From: Octopus vulgaris | Lineage: Eukaryota | Direction of reading: 5' to 3' | Length of the DNA: 64,000 nt | Assembly: GCA_951406725.2 (NCBI GenBank) | Contig: CATOCA020000001.1 | Coordinates: forward strand, 1,736,001 to 1,800,000 | Shown here: one piece after another, positions 38,412 through 51,011 of the stretch | Layout of the letters: every line of letters begins with the position of its first letter | Position numbering within the stretch: the stretch's first letter is position 1 | Notes under the pieces: generated by a model | The model's input: the letters and a program-made list of their open reading frames with translations, nothing else | What the model was told of the DNA's origin: nothing | The model's database searches: none | Program-made: the position numbers and the translations under genes

Positions 38412-38516
38412 ATGTTACATTACTCGGTAGTCAAGATAAAACTCTGAGTTTCAGATGCCGAAGTGGAAATCCACAACACCATCTCTTCGGTTATCTGGCT
38501 ATTTGAAAACGTTATG

Positions 38517-38565
<49 letters not shown>

Positions 38566-39304
38566 ATACTATATATACATTAAGTGAAAACTAAAAACAA
38601 TTTTTTAAATTATTCAATACTTTAAAATTAATTAATATATACAATGCTAGTACAGGTCATTAATATCATAATGAAAATAAGAAATGGTTCAAATATAGAC
38701 AAACTCATTAAATAAGCTAACTATATAATTAATATATATGTGTAGTATCTATAGATTTAATAAATCACTCAATAATATAATTGACTAAATATCAATTAAT
38801 ATAATACCTAATTATCTTAAATTTCATACTACATAATAAATTTACCAACTAATACTTAATATATTGTGTAACAAAATTAATTCTCAAATTAAATTAAATG
38901 TAATACGTTAGATCCTTTTATAAAAAAATCTAAATAAATAGGTTTAATAATTAATATCTATCGTAACTCATAACTATCAAAAATTATTTACTAATGGAAA
39001 GTAAGAAACATTTAAGCCCCATAAATTAAAGAAAGGTGCAAAAATATTAGAACAAATGAACAATACACTATGAAGATATTCAACCACAACCAACAGTCCA
39101 CTACAAATCCAGTCAATGACAATAATAATAATAACAACAACAATCAAACTCAAAATAATACAGGATCCAAATAATATTGATAAACAATGTATATTACGAT
39201 GTTCAACGATTAAATTGATCTAGCTGGATTTTAAATGTATAAAAATATGTTTTAGCGTCTTATTAATATACCCAATGCTATAACTAGTCTTGAATAATAT
39301 ATAA

Positions 39305-39775
39305 TATTCTCCCTAGAGCGAAGGCAGGAGAGATATGCGGTGATATACATGTGGAAAATCCTGGAGGGTCTTGTCCCAAACTTTGGCATTCAAAGTTACC
39401 CCAACCGCAGAACGGGGCGCCAATGCATGGTGCCAAAGATTCCAACATCACAATCAAAGTACAGGTCCAGATACTGCAACAGCTTGGGTTTCAGAGGACC
39501 ACAGCTCTTTAACATCCTCCCTAAATGCCTGAGAGACTTACATGGTGTGGATGTGGGTTTCTTTAAAACTAAACTGGATCTCTTCTTGTCGGGGGTCCCA
39601 GATGAACCTACCTCACGACAGGAGACACAGATGCGGGCAGCGGCATCGAACTCCCTTGTTGACCAAGTGACACGTATCAGAGGTGGATTCACATATTAGT
39701 GTAGCTCATTCAGCGGTGGTGCCCCAGCATGGCCGCGGCCTTCGGGCTAAAACATTTTTAAGGATTTAAGGATTT
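39305..39775 (+). mobile_element. 3' fragment of a related CR1/L2-group LINE subfamily
   Basis: WKILEGLVPNFGI...VPDEPTSRQE homologous to 13680-14043; ends in (TTTAAGGA) repeats. Confidence 0.85.
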
Positions 39776-39779
39776 ATAT

Positions 39780-40050
39780 ACTAGCAGTATCACCCGGCGT
39801 TGCGGTTTGTTTAGACCCTTTAGAATTGGAATTTTTGAAAAGTAAAAATTTGGCAGTATGTAGCTTGTTATTCTCTTTAAGTGAAATACACCGAAAAATG
39901 GCGACACAACAGTGAAAAGATCGTAAAAAATAGGGATTTTCATAGAAAAAAGGCACCTTTTTGATGTAAATAATTTTTGGTGTTAACATGGTCCGATTTG
40001 AATATTTTCTTCCACGGAAGGAAGAGTTAGCCTTCTTCTATCATACTCTC

Positions 40051-40147
<97 letters not shown>

Positions 40148-40540
40148 TACGAAAAACCCTCTAGGCTACATCCCGAAAATTCCTTTCTTTGACGAATTTC
40201 TACAATGTTTACGGCGATTCCTTTTTATATCTTGATTTTTTATTTTTCATGCAATTTACGCATGCTTTCACGCGTGGTGAACACAGTTCACGTCAAACAG
40301 CTGACTGAGTAAAGATCACTATTCAATGCATGGGATAAGCTCTAAACAAACACATTATCGAATTTTGCACTTGCGAGATGAATTTCGGAACAGAAATAGC
40401 GCAGTTCAATTTTCATTCGCCTAAACTTTAAGTGTCCCATTTTTGGTGGTTCTACAATTTGTTGGCTAGGAGGAGATGTGCCGGGAAGTTAAACACACAG
40501 ACACACACACAGACACACAAGTTGAGTTTTATATATATAG
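39780..40540 (-). mobile_element. Non-autonomous Helitron
   Basis: Minus strand starts TCTATATATATAAAA plus GT microsatellite and ends GCAACGCCGGGTGATACTGCTAG. Confidence 0.75.
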
Positions 40541-40553
40541 ATATATATATATA

Positions 40554-40590
<37 letters not shown>

Positions 40591-41372
40591 ACCACATAAA
40601 AAAGATGAACAATATAACATAATAATTAGAGTATACATTTATACTGCATTATTTTTCTGATCATTTGCTTCATCAGAAAAATATAAAAAGTTTGTGCATA
40701 TTTCAGCTAAATACATCATCATGTGTAATTGTGTGTAGCAAATGGAGTACACGGGTGTATTTGGTTTTTTGTATGTATGCTTGTTACAAAACGTTTCAGG
40801 AATATTGTTATATTTCGGAATGGTCATTTTGCCAGTTTAGCCAATAAGATTAAGATTAATGTAAAAAATAAATAACACTGAAGCAAAATAACACCAAATA
40901 TATAGTGCGTGTGTTTTTGTTGGCTAAACTGGCAAAGTGACCATTCCGAAATATAACAATATCTGTTTCAACACACGACTTCACATAAAAAATCTTGCAC
41001 AACAAATATATAAACGTTTCAGGAATAAATAGTAGGAAATTATGTCATTGGTTGAAAATAATGGGAATTTGTACAAAATACTTCTGTCTTCATTTCACTG
41101 CGATCCCAAGACTAGAAAGCGATCGAGGCAGAATGTAGAAAATTATTGAATAGACCAATAATTAGTTGACCGACGTAGAAACCCCAATGGTTGCTTGTGT
41201 ATGAGATAATGGCAGTGTATGATACTGGTAGTTTGAGATATTATGTTACTTGCAATGTTGTAGTCGTGTAGTGGTTGTGGAAGAAGAGGTTACAATAATA
41301 GTAGCAGTAGCAACTGTAGTAGTGTTATTTATTCTTTATTGATTTCAATTTATCTTTCTTTTTCTCCACCAG

Positions 41373-41530
41373 ATAAACCCTCACCAAATCCCGACCAACA
41401 AGAAGCAGATGCGAAGATCATGGCATCTATTTCATTACCAAGGAGTTTATTAAAACATCTGAAAGACGAAGAAAGGTCATCCGTTTCGCGGATAACTTTT
41501 TTCTCCATGCGGGACGATAAGCTATATAGG
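41373..41530 (+). CDS. Adhesion GPCR exon, GAIN (SPNPDQQEADAKIMASISLPRSLL...DDKLYR), 1 nt short of frame
   Basis: Polypyrimidine tract plus accAG, GTATGG donor, ASISLP motif typical of GAIN. 158 nt between two phase-0 neighbours. Confidence 0.75.
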
Positions 41531-41725
41531 GTATGGAACAAAAACGGACATTTTTCATCTTCTTGTTGACAGGAGAATGTTTGGATGCATTGAGGCTCTT
41601 TTTGATAATAATAGAAACAATACTAATGTAACATAACTGCCAATGTTTATGTGAATATACTCATCTATATATGAGAGCATGTGTGTGTGAACAATTTATT
41701 ATGCATATAGAAACTCAGGAGAGAA

Positions 41726-42125
41726 GGCGGCGAGCTGGCAGAAACGTTAGCACGCCAGGCGAAATGCTTAGCATTATTTCGTCTGTCGTTACGTTCTGAG
41801 TTCAAATTCCGCCGAGGTCTGTCTTTGCCTTTCATCCTCTTGGGGTCGATATATTCTGTAACAGTTACGCACTTGGAGTCGATGTAATCGACTTAATCCA
41901 TTTGTGTGTCCTTGTTTGTCCCCTTTGTGTTAAGCCCTTTTCGCCTGCCGTTACGTTCTGAGTTCAAATTCCGCTGAGGTCGACTTTGCCTTTCCTCCTT
42001 TCGGAGTCGATTAAATAAGTATCAGTTATGCACTGGGGTCGATGTAAGCGACTTAATCCATTTGTCTGTTCTTGTTTGTCCCCTGTTCTATGTTTGGCTT
42101 CTTGTGGGCTATAAAGAAATAAGAA
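41726..42125 (+). mobile_element. SINE family B (Meta-domain-like centre), internally duplicated
   Basis: Head GGCGGCGAGCTGGCAGAA, B-box GAGTTCAAATTCC, family core GCCTTTCATCCTTTCGGGGTCGAT (variant here). Confidence 0.8.
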
Positions 42126-42519
42126 ACTCGGGAGGGAACTTGTTTTGAGTTTTGTTTCGGATAGACTTCTCTTAAGAAAATTAGTTTATCAAAAGCAGAA
42201 ATAACATCAACGAATCTTGAGACACTGAGGTTCCAACTTGATTCTACCGCTACAGACATTCGGACTTTATTCAGAATCTTTGTTCAAATATAAAAAACCG
42301 AAAGACATTTGCTGATTTCTGTAGAAGTTGGCCGGGGACAAATGGAATCCCTCTTTGCTCTCCAAACAACGTTAGATTCAAGGAACGATGGGAAGAACAT
42401 TTATAACTGAAATAAAAATTTAAAACAATGGCAGCGATAAACTTTTGTCTCGGAGGTCTCTGATAAGATACACGAAATCACTTAGGAGAAACTTCTGTGA
42501 CAAAACACACGCACGTCAC

Positions 42520-43600
<1,081 letters not shown>

Positions 43601-44215
43601 CGCACACACACACACATACACACACACATACACACACACACATACACACACACACATACACATACACATGTATAACGTCGTCATCCTTTTAAGGACCATT
43701 TCCTCTGCTTGCATCGGGAAGACAGAATTCATTGAACCAGATTTTCTCCGGCCAAATGTCGTTCCGGACACCAAACTTCACCTGTCTCAAACAAGTCAAT
43801 CCTTTCCCGTGGCAGAACAGGGTTTCAAGAAAAAAAAGAACCCCGCTTGTATGACGGTGATGCATCCTTTTCTTGTTTTTGTCATTGGACTGCGGCCATG
43901 CTGGAGTACCACATTGAATGGTTTACTTAAACGAATTGACCGCGGCACTTATATTTTTCTAGCGTGGTACTTATTCTAATTCTTTTGCTGAACTCTTTAA
44001 GGGAATGTAAACAAACTAACACAGGCTGTCATGCGCTGGTGAGAGCAAAGACAAACACACATACATTCACAAACATAAAAATACATACACACATGCGTAT
44101 ATGCATGCGTGCGCGCGCGTGTGTGTATATGACAGTTTTCGTTCAGTTTTCATTCATCAAATCGATTTTCAATGACTCCCGTGCCACCACCATCACTTCC
44201 ACCTTCTTGATCCAC

Positions 44216-44248
<33 letters not shown>

Positions 44249-45099
44249 ATCTCCCCAACACTCCATTCTGATGACATTAACCATCAACCACACCACCTTC
44301 GTTCATCACTTAAACACTCAACCTCTTGCCTCATCTTTACCACCTGTCTTTACACTCTCTTGACCCACAGGTTTCTTTCCCCGTGTTCCACCGCCTGGAT
44401 ACCCTCATATACTTATCTTCTTGTACCTTGATGATGCATCTAGACACCTCGTTACCAACGTCTACATCCTACTTTCACTTACTGCTACCTACACACATAC
44501 AGAGCGTGGTAGTCCTGCATCTCCTCTCTTCTCAGACTCCTGTGCTTGTCTCTCCATCATAATTTAACCTTCAGAAACTGGCATTATGCCACCCACATTT
44601 TCTCAAATATGCTTCCTCGCTGCCAAGGGGGATTTTCTTTTCTATTCTTTGTTTTACAAGTTACTTGGTAACCTTACTTGGGCTGGTAATGCGGAAATAA
44701 CACTTAGTCCACGTTGTAAAGTGGTTGGCATTAGGAAGGTCATTCAGCTGTGGAAACCAATGTCAAAGCCGACATTATAGGCCGATGCGCTCCTGGGGCT
44801 TGTGGAATCCTTTCCGAGCATCCAACCCATGCCATCATGGAAAACATGCTAAATAACAATCATCATGAAGATGATAACTCTTACATATATGCATTTTCGT
44901 ACACATGTACACAGACATATGTATTCTTATGGTATATATACGTATTGTTGAGAAGCTCAGAGAACCAACTGTGTGGTCTTGGGTCCAGTAAGTGTGCACG
45001 GCATATTGGGGAAGTTCCTTTTAGTATAACCCCAAGCATACCACATCCTTGTAAGTGGATATGGTAGGCGGAAGCTGAAGAAAGCCCTTAGTATCAAAA

Positions 45100-45600
45100 T
45101 GCCAACATCACGATTGCTGCTCATTGCTCTGTGAACACTGTAAAGGCTGTGGCATGGACAGCAGCAATGGATACTACAAGGAAGTGACCAGCAGGAAGGG
45201 ATACACTATGCAATCTATCTGCGTCCAAACGCCGAAAATTCATCTCCGCATCTTTGAACAGGACCTTAGGCAGGATTCAGGCGGCTACTGACTGGCGAGG
45301 TTTGCTGCTCAAAGGCGTCATGTGTGACAACAGCAAATGGCCACTTGCCATATCTCCGGAAAGAGTCAGAAGTGGTTGTTTGTGAAAAACATCAACCTGT
45401 CTGCCTGTAACAGCAAGCTGCTGGCTAGGATCAAGGAGGTTTTCAAAAACATTTCCATTAACCCTGTGAGAAGCGCATGAGCTAGGTTCCAGAGTTGTCT
45501 CGAGGTCATGGTAGAAGTTGATGGGAGCTAGTTTGAGTAGACAGTTTCCTCCCAGCAATAAACTGGTGGATATTTTTTTGAGTTTTTAAGAATAGTTTTG
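45100..45600 (-). mobile_element. Degenerate Tc1/mariner C-terminal remnant
   Basis: Weak resemblance to the SAPSH and WPPxSPD regions. Confidence 0.4.
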
Positions 45601-46249
45601 TTTTTGGACAAGACATCGTGTTGTCTTTCTTTTTATGCAAATTATCAGATTCAGCCCGAACATGTATAGACTTTATTTAGTTTGCCAGATTTTTAATGTG
45701 AATTCGTGTGTTGAATCAAATTTTGTTGTGCCTATGAAGAGTCATGACACACACACACGCACACACATACACGCACGTACACACATACACACACACACAC
45801 ATGCACGAAAGCAAAGACTGAAAACTTGAGTGTATTTTTATTTCCATGTTACAACACCCTGACCGCTTGGCTATGCGTCCACACTACACGCTTACAGACA
45901 GACACAAAGACACACACATTCACACACACGCAAACACACGCACACACACATACAAACTCATAAACACAAACACATACACACACGGGCGCTCGCGTGCACA
46001 CACTTATATATATATATACACCTTTTTAATCACAAGCGGATTACAGACCAATTTATCGACCGTCAGTGTTAGAAATCTATTTAATCAAGGTGCTGAGCAG
46101 TGAGGCTGAACGCAGGATTCGTTGATTACCAAGAGATTTCTTAAATACCGGCAGCCCTTATGTAAAAAAAATTCAATGCAAAAAACTTTTATGTTCCTTA
46201 GAACAAGTACAACTGTCAATGGAGATGGGATATTTTTTGTAGTATATAT

Positions 46250-46880
46250 TTTTTCTACTCTAGGCAGAAGGCCCGATATTTTGGGGGAGGGACAGTCGAT
46301 TAAATCGACCTCAGTACGCAACTGGTACTTAATTTATCAACCCCGAAAGGATGAAAGGCAAAGTCGACCTCGGCGGCATTTGAACTCAGAACGGAGCGGC
46401 AGACGAAATACCTATTTCTTTACTACCCACAAGGGGCAAAACACAGAGAGGACAAACGAGGACAGACAAACGGATTAAGTCGATTATATCGACCCCAGTG
46501 CGTAACTGGTACTTAATTTATCGACCCCGAAAGGATGAAAGGCAAAGTCGACTTGGCGGAATTTGATCTCAGAACGTAACGGCAGACGAAATACTACTAA
46601 GCAATCCGCCCGGCCTGCTAACGGTTCCGCCAGCTCACCGCTCTTTTGTAGTATATATTATATTATTGTCAGACTTCCATCTGGCAGAATCGTTAGCATG
46701 CTGGGTAAAATGCTCACAACCATTCATCTGTCTTCACTTTCAGAGTTCAAATTTCGCCGATGTCGAATCTGCCTTTCATTCTTTTGGAGTCAATAAAATG
46801 AGTACCAGTTGAGTACGGGCGTTGATGTAATGGACTTTGCTTACACACAAAATTGCTGGCCTTGTGCCAACTTTTGAAAC
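46250..46880. mobile_element. SINE family B, head-to-head copies (46250-46642 minus, 46680-46880 plus)
   Basis: Same head and core as 41726-42125. Confidence 0.8.
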
Positions 46881-47018
46881 CAGTATATATTTTATGAAGT
46901 TGTGCTGTTGGCTAAAGTAACGATGTCTAATTACAACAATCCTAACGTTTGATCGTTTCATGCTTTAATAATGTTTTCCATTGAATAGATTAATTTACTT
47001 AATAACTTCTCTTCACAG

Positions 47019-47147
47019 GTAACACAAAACTCCAGTGCCAAAGGAAATACTGAAATTAACAGCCAGGTACTTGCTACAAGTATCCCGAACATTTCAATAA
47101 GCAACCTTGATGAACCAATTAATATATCCTTCAATTTAATAAACCAG
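47019..47147 (+). CDS. Adhesion GPCR exon, GAIN (VTQNSS...INSQVLATSIPNISISNLDEPINISFNLINQ)
   Basis: cacAG / GTAATA, 129 nt, phase 0-0, NSxV...NLxEPxxIxF GAIN motif. Confidence 0.9.
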
Positions 47148-47543
47148 GTAATAGCTGTGTGTTTATTATTGCTGCTTTTGCTGTTTATATTCATGTCATC
47201 CGTAACCCAGTCGACCTATGGTGAAACACATCCCATTCCTGACCACCACGTCGTTTTATACTTCATTAAATATTTCGTGAACTACTCCATTCAATGAATT
47301 TTTCATCCATTGTTATGACGGTGCAGTGTAAATCATGAGAAAAGACAGATTTATAAGCGAGATGAAAAGGTCAGTTAAACTAGGTCACAGCATCTGATAT
47401 GGACTTCACAATGTCAAAACCAACCAAGCATTGACAACCATCGTTTGTTCGGTGTTTTCTAAGTCTAACGAGTCACATTATAATTACATATATTCTAATT
47501 ACCAAGTAATTTGATTAAATTATCAGGTTTTAATTTGTTTCAG

Positions 47544-47693
47544 AATGCTAACAAACCACAATGTGTTTACTGGGATGAAAGCTCGGGATTGGATCCCCAT
47601 TGGTCCCTAAACGGCTGCAATGTGTCCAATTATATACCTGGAAAAGAAGTAACTTGTTCCTGTGACCGTCTTAAAAGTTTTGCCGTACTAATG
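47544..47693 (+). CDS. Adhesion GPCR exon, GPS motif (CVYWDE...WSLNGC...TCSCDRLKSFAVLM)
   Basis: CxxW...WSxxGC...CxC..L.SFAVLM GPS signature; ttcAG / GTTGGT, 150 nt. Confidence 0.95.
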
Positions 47694-48482
47694 GTTGGTA
47701 ATATTTTGACAAGTTATCAATTAATTGTAATTTTTGCCAGTTATATCTATGCCTTACTAATTTTAAGGAGTTGTATAATAACATATCCACTGCACTTTGT
47801 GATGCAGAGTATCTTGGTAAATGTATAAGGTTGATATATTTTAAAAAGTTACTTTTGTTCTTCTTGCCATTGCTGTTGTTTATACTTTATACTCCGGATG
47901 GTTCCGTTTAGATGTACGAAACTACCATTCTCAATGTAATGTATAGAAATTCCTCCGCTGTTGATGTGAAGGGGAATCATCCCTCTTGAATTAAAAAATC
48001 TTCATTTGTGTTGAGACATGCTTGGTTTGCAGACGTTAAACATTTGGTCTCTTCGTGATTCTGTTAGAAGATCTCTCCTCTCGTGCATGACATTTGTTCA
48101 CTTGAAACATTCATGTCAGTAATACACATGTATCCAAATATCTGCCAGTCAAACAGTACCACTGCTATTTACAACAATAAAACAGTACCGCTGTCTATGG
48201 TAACTATTTCGGCCTAAAGGAAAAGCTGATCTAAAGGCACATGTTAATTCACTCCATGCCAGTTCTGCCATCACCTGACATCACGAAGACTGAGATTAAA
48301 TAGTCAGGTCATTGATGTTGTTTCTATTGGTGTCAGCATCGCCTGGAACATTATTAATGCAGCATACAGTGGTCACCACTTTCTACACCAGTATTATACA
48401 CAAACTCCTCCTTGTATAAGTGTTAACTGACATATAAGGAAGGTGTAGTAGGAGGAGGCTAAACTCTTGGTTTCTCTTGTAG

Positions 48483-48604
48483 GATGTCTACCAAAAGGAA
48501 GGAGAGAAAGAAAATGCAAATTACTTGTCTATTGTATCCAACGCTGGCTTTGGAATTTCATTCGTCTGTCTTGTTTTTACAATAATAATTCATGTTTGTT
48601 TCAG
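48483..48604 (+). CDS. Adhesion GPCR exon, linker plus TM1 (DVYQKE...LSIVSNAGFGISFVCLVFTIIIHVCFR)
   Basis: tgtAG / GTAAGT, phase 0 to 2, adhesion-family TM1 pattern. Confidence 0.92.
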
Positions 48605-48921
48605 GTAAGTATTTCAATTTCTATTTTCTTTTATAAATTGTTCAAATACAGAGAAACAACATCTGTCAGTTCGTGGGGTTTTCACAGGCTGATCAGATCG
48701 ATGCAGGTCGAGGAAAGAATTCCAGAATATTGTCACTTTGATGAAGAGTAACTGGATAAATATTATAGAGAAGAATATTTAAGTGACACACTGTAATGAT
48801 GACACGAGATAAAGGAGGGGGGGCGGAATAATCTATCTCGTGTGTTTAAGTAGAATTAATTTATAGCTTTGCAATTCAGAAAAAGTAGAGGAAAAGAGTA
48901 GTGACAGAAGTGACTCTGTCT

Positions 48922-49056
<135 letters not shown>

Positions 49057-50432
49057 GCAGTCGTTAAATTATTTTCACATATTTGATTCCAAAGTTGTGT
49101 CATTTTTCTGGCATATTCCTTTGTATCTTTTATTCGTCTAATCCTACCCAGATTAGTCGTCTAATCCCACTCAGTAACCAAATTCAGAATCATACCAAGC
49201 TCTCACCAATACGGTGTTAGACTTTATGAAGAAACCAGGTATTACCGCTTAACCTCCCACTTTTAGACAAAAACACAATGTACGTGGTCATTTAGTATGC
49301 TAGATACAGCATGAATCCAGAGATCAAGTTGGCTTGTTCTAAGGCCTGTAGCATAACAAATATCCGTTTCAACAAATTCACAACTGATAATTTCATTATA
49401 TTTTGAATTAAGCCAGTATCTCTGAAAATTTCCTTTTATGGAAAACGTATGCATTTAACAAATTCTAAATGGAGATAGGTGGAATAGGTCTTAAAATGAT
49501 TTTTCTAAAATAATTGTATTCTACATCAATCAAAATAACTTCCAGGTTAATCGCAATCTACGTCACCTGAAATTTATTTGAATAAAATTTTATTTAAAAA
49601 TATCTACTTTCTTGGAAGTTATGAAGAAGGCAAGGCGTGAGAAATACTCATTTGAAAGACAATAAGACAAGTGTATATTTGGTGAAATCAAGTAAATTAC
49701 AATCATTTTTCCTATTCGGGTTTTTAATTCCTTCAACAAATATAAAAGGATATTGTCAGTGATATAGTTTCGCTGACGCCTGATTAAGCTTGTAATTTGG
49801 AAAAATGCTGTTGCTGATATGTCTGTAGAAAGTAGATTTGCAAATAATTTGGGTATCTTTTATATTTCCGCAGTTAAAAAAAGGCCTTAAAAACCTCCAT
49901 CCGGCAACGTGACGCAGTGAAAAAAAGCAGAAATTTCCATCAATAAAATAAATCTAGGAACGACATTTTGATACATACGTCAACATTCAAATTGCTTTCT
50001 TTAGTAACAGTTACATATCCTCAGCTAATAAATAAGCTGCTTTATTAAAGTAGAGAAGTTGATCTTTGGATTTTTGGAGGGGATGCGTGGGGAAGTTAGA
50101 GTGTCTTTGTGAAATAATATTTGTCATTCAGCTGGACGAACCACTTTTGTTTATGGTAGAGAATATCTGCTTGTGTGATGTGTATGTGTGCGTGTGTGCT
50201 GTACCTTTGTTGTGTACATACGTGTGTATTTACGTGTGAGTGTGTGTGCGTATAGCAGCAAACTCTTCCATAGATGTGAGCAGTACTCTAATGAGGAACT
50301 AAGTTGAGATTCCGAGAATGTCTGCGGTTGCTTAAAACTGGCCAATATTTCCTAAACCTAAACAGAAATCTGAATAGAAATCTAAGAAGCAGAAATCTAA
50401 GTCTTCTGAAACACTATCATGAATGGTCTATT

Positions 50433-50521
<89 letters not shown>

Positions 50522-50578
50522 ATATTATTATTATTATATATTATCATTATTATTATTATTAATATATATTATTATTAA

Positions 50579-50623
<45 letters not shown>

Positions 50624-50625
50624 CA

Positions 50626-50672
<47 letters not shown>

Positions 50673-50951
50673 TAATTATTATTATTATTATTATATTATT
50701 ATTATTATTATATTATACTATTACTATTAATATTAGTAGTTATCTATTATTATTATTATCATTATTATTATTATTATCATTATCACTATTATTATTATCA
50801 TTATAATTACTATTATTATTATTATATGAAAACTCAGCTTATTTTGCTGGGTATGATGGAAAGTGTCAGTTGACGACAGCCATAAGAATTAGATGATACT
50901 TGTTTACTGGTCATTCTTCAAGAACGCAGCGAAGAATTCTTGAAGCATAAC

Positions 50952-51010
<59 letters not shown>

Positions 51011-51011
<1 letters not shown>

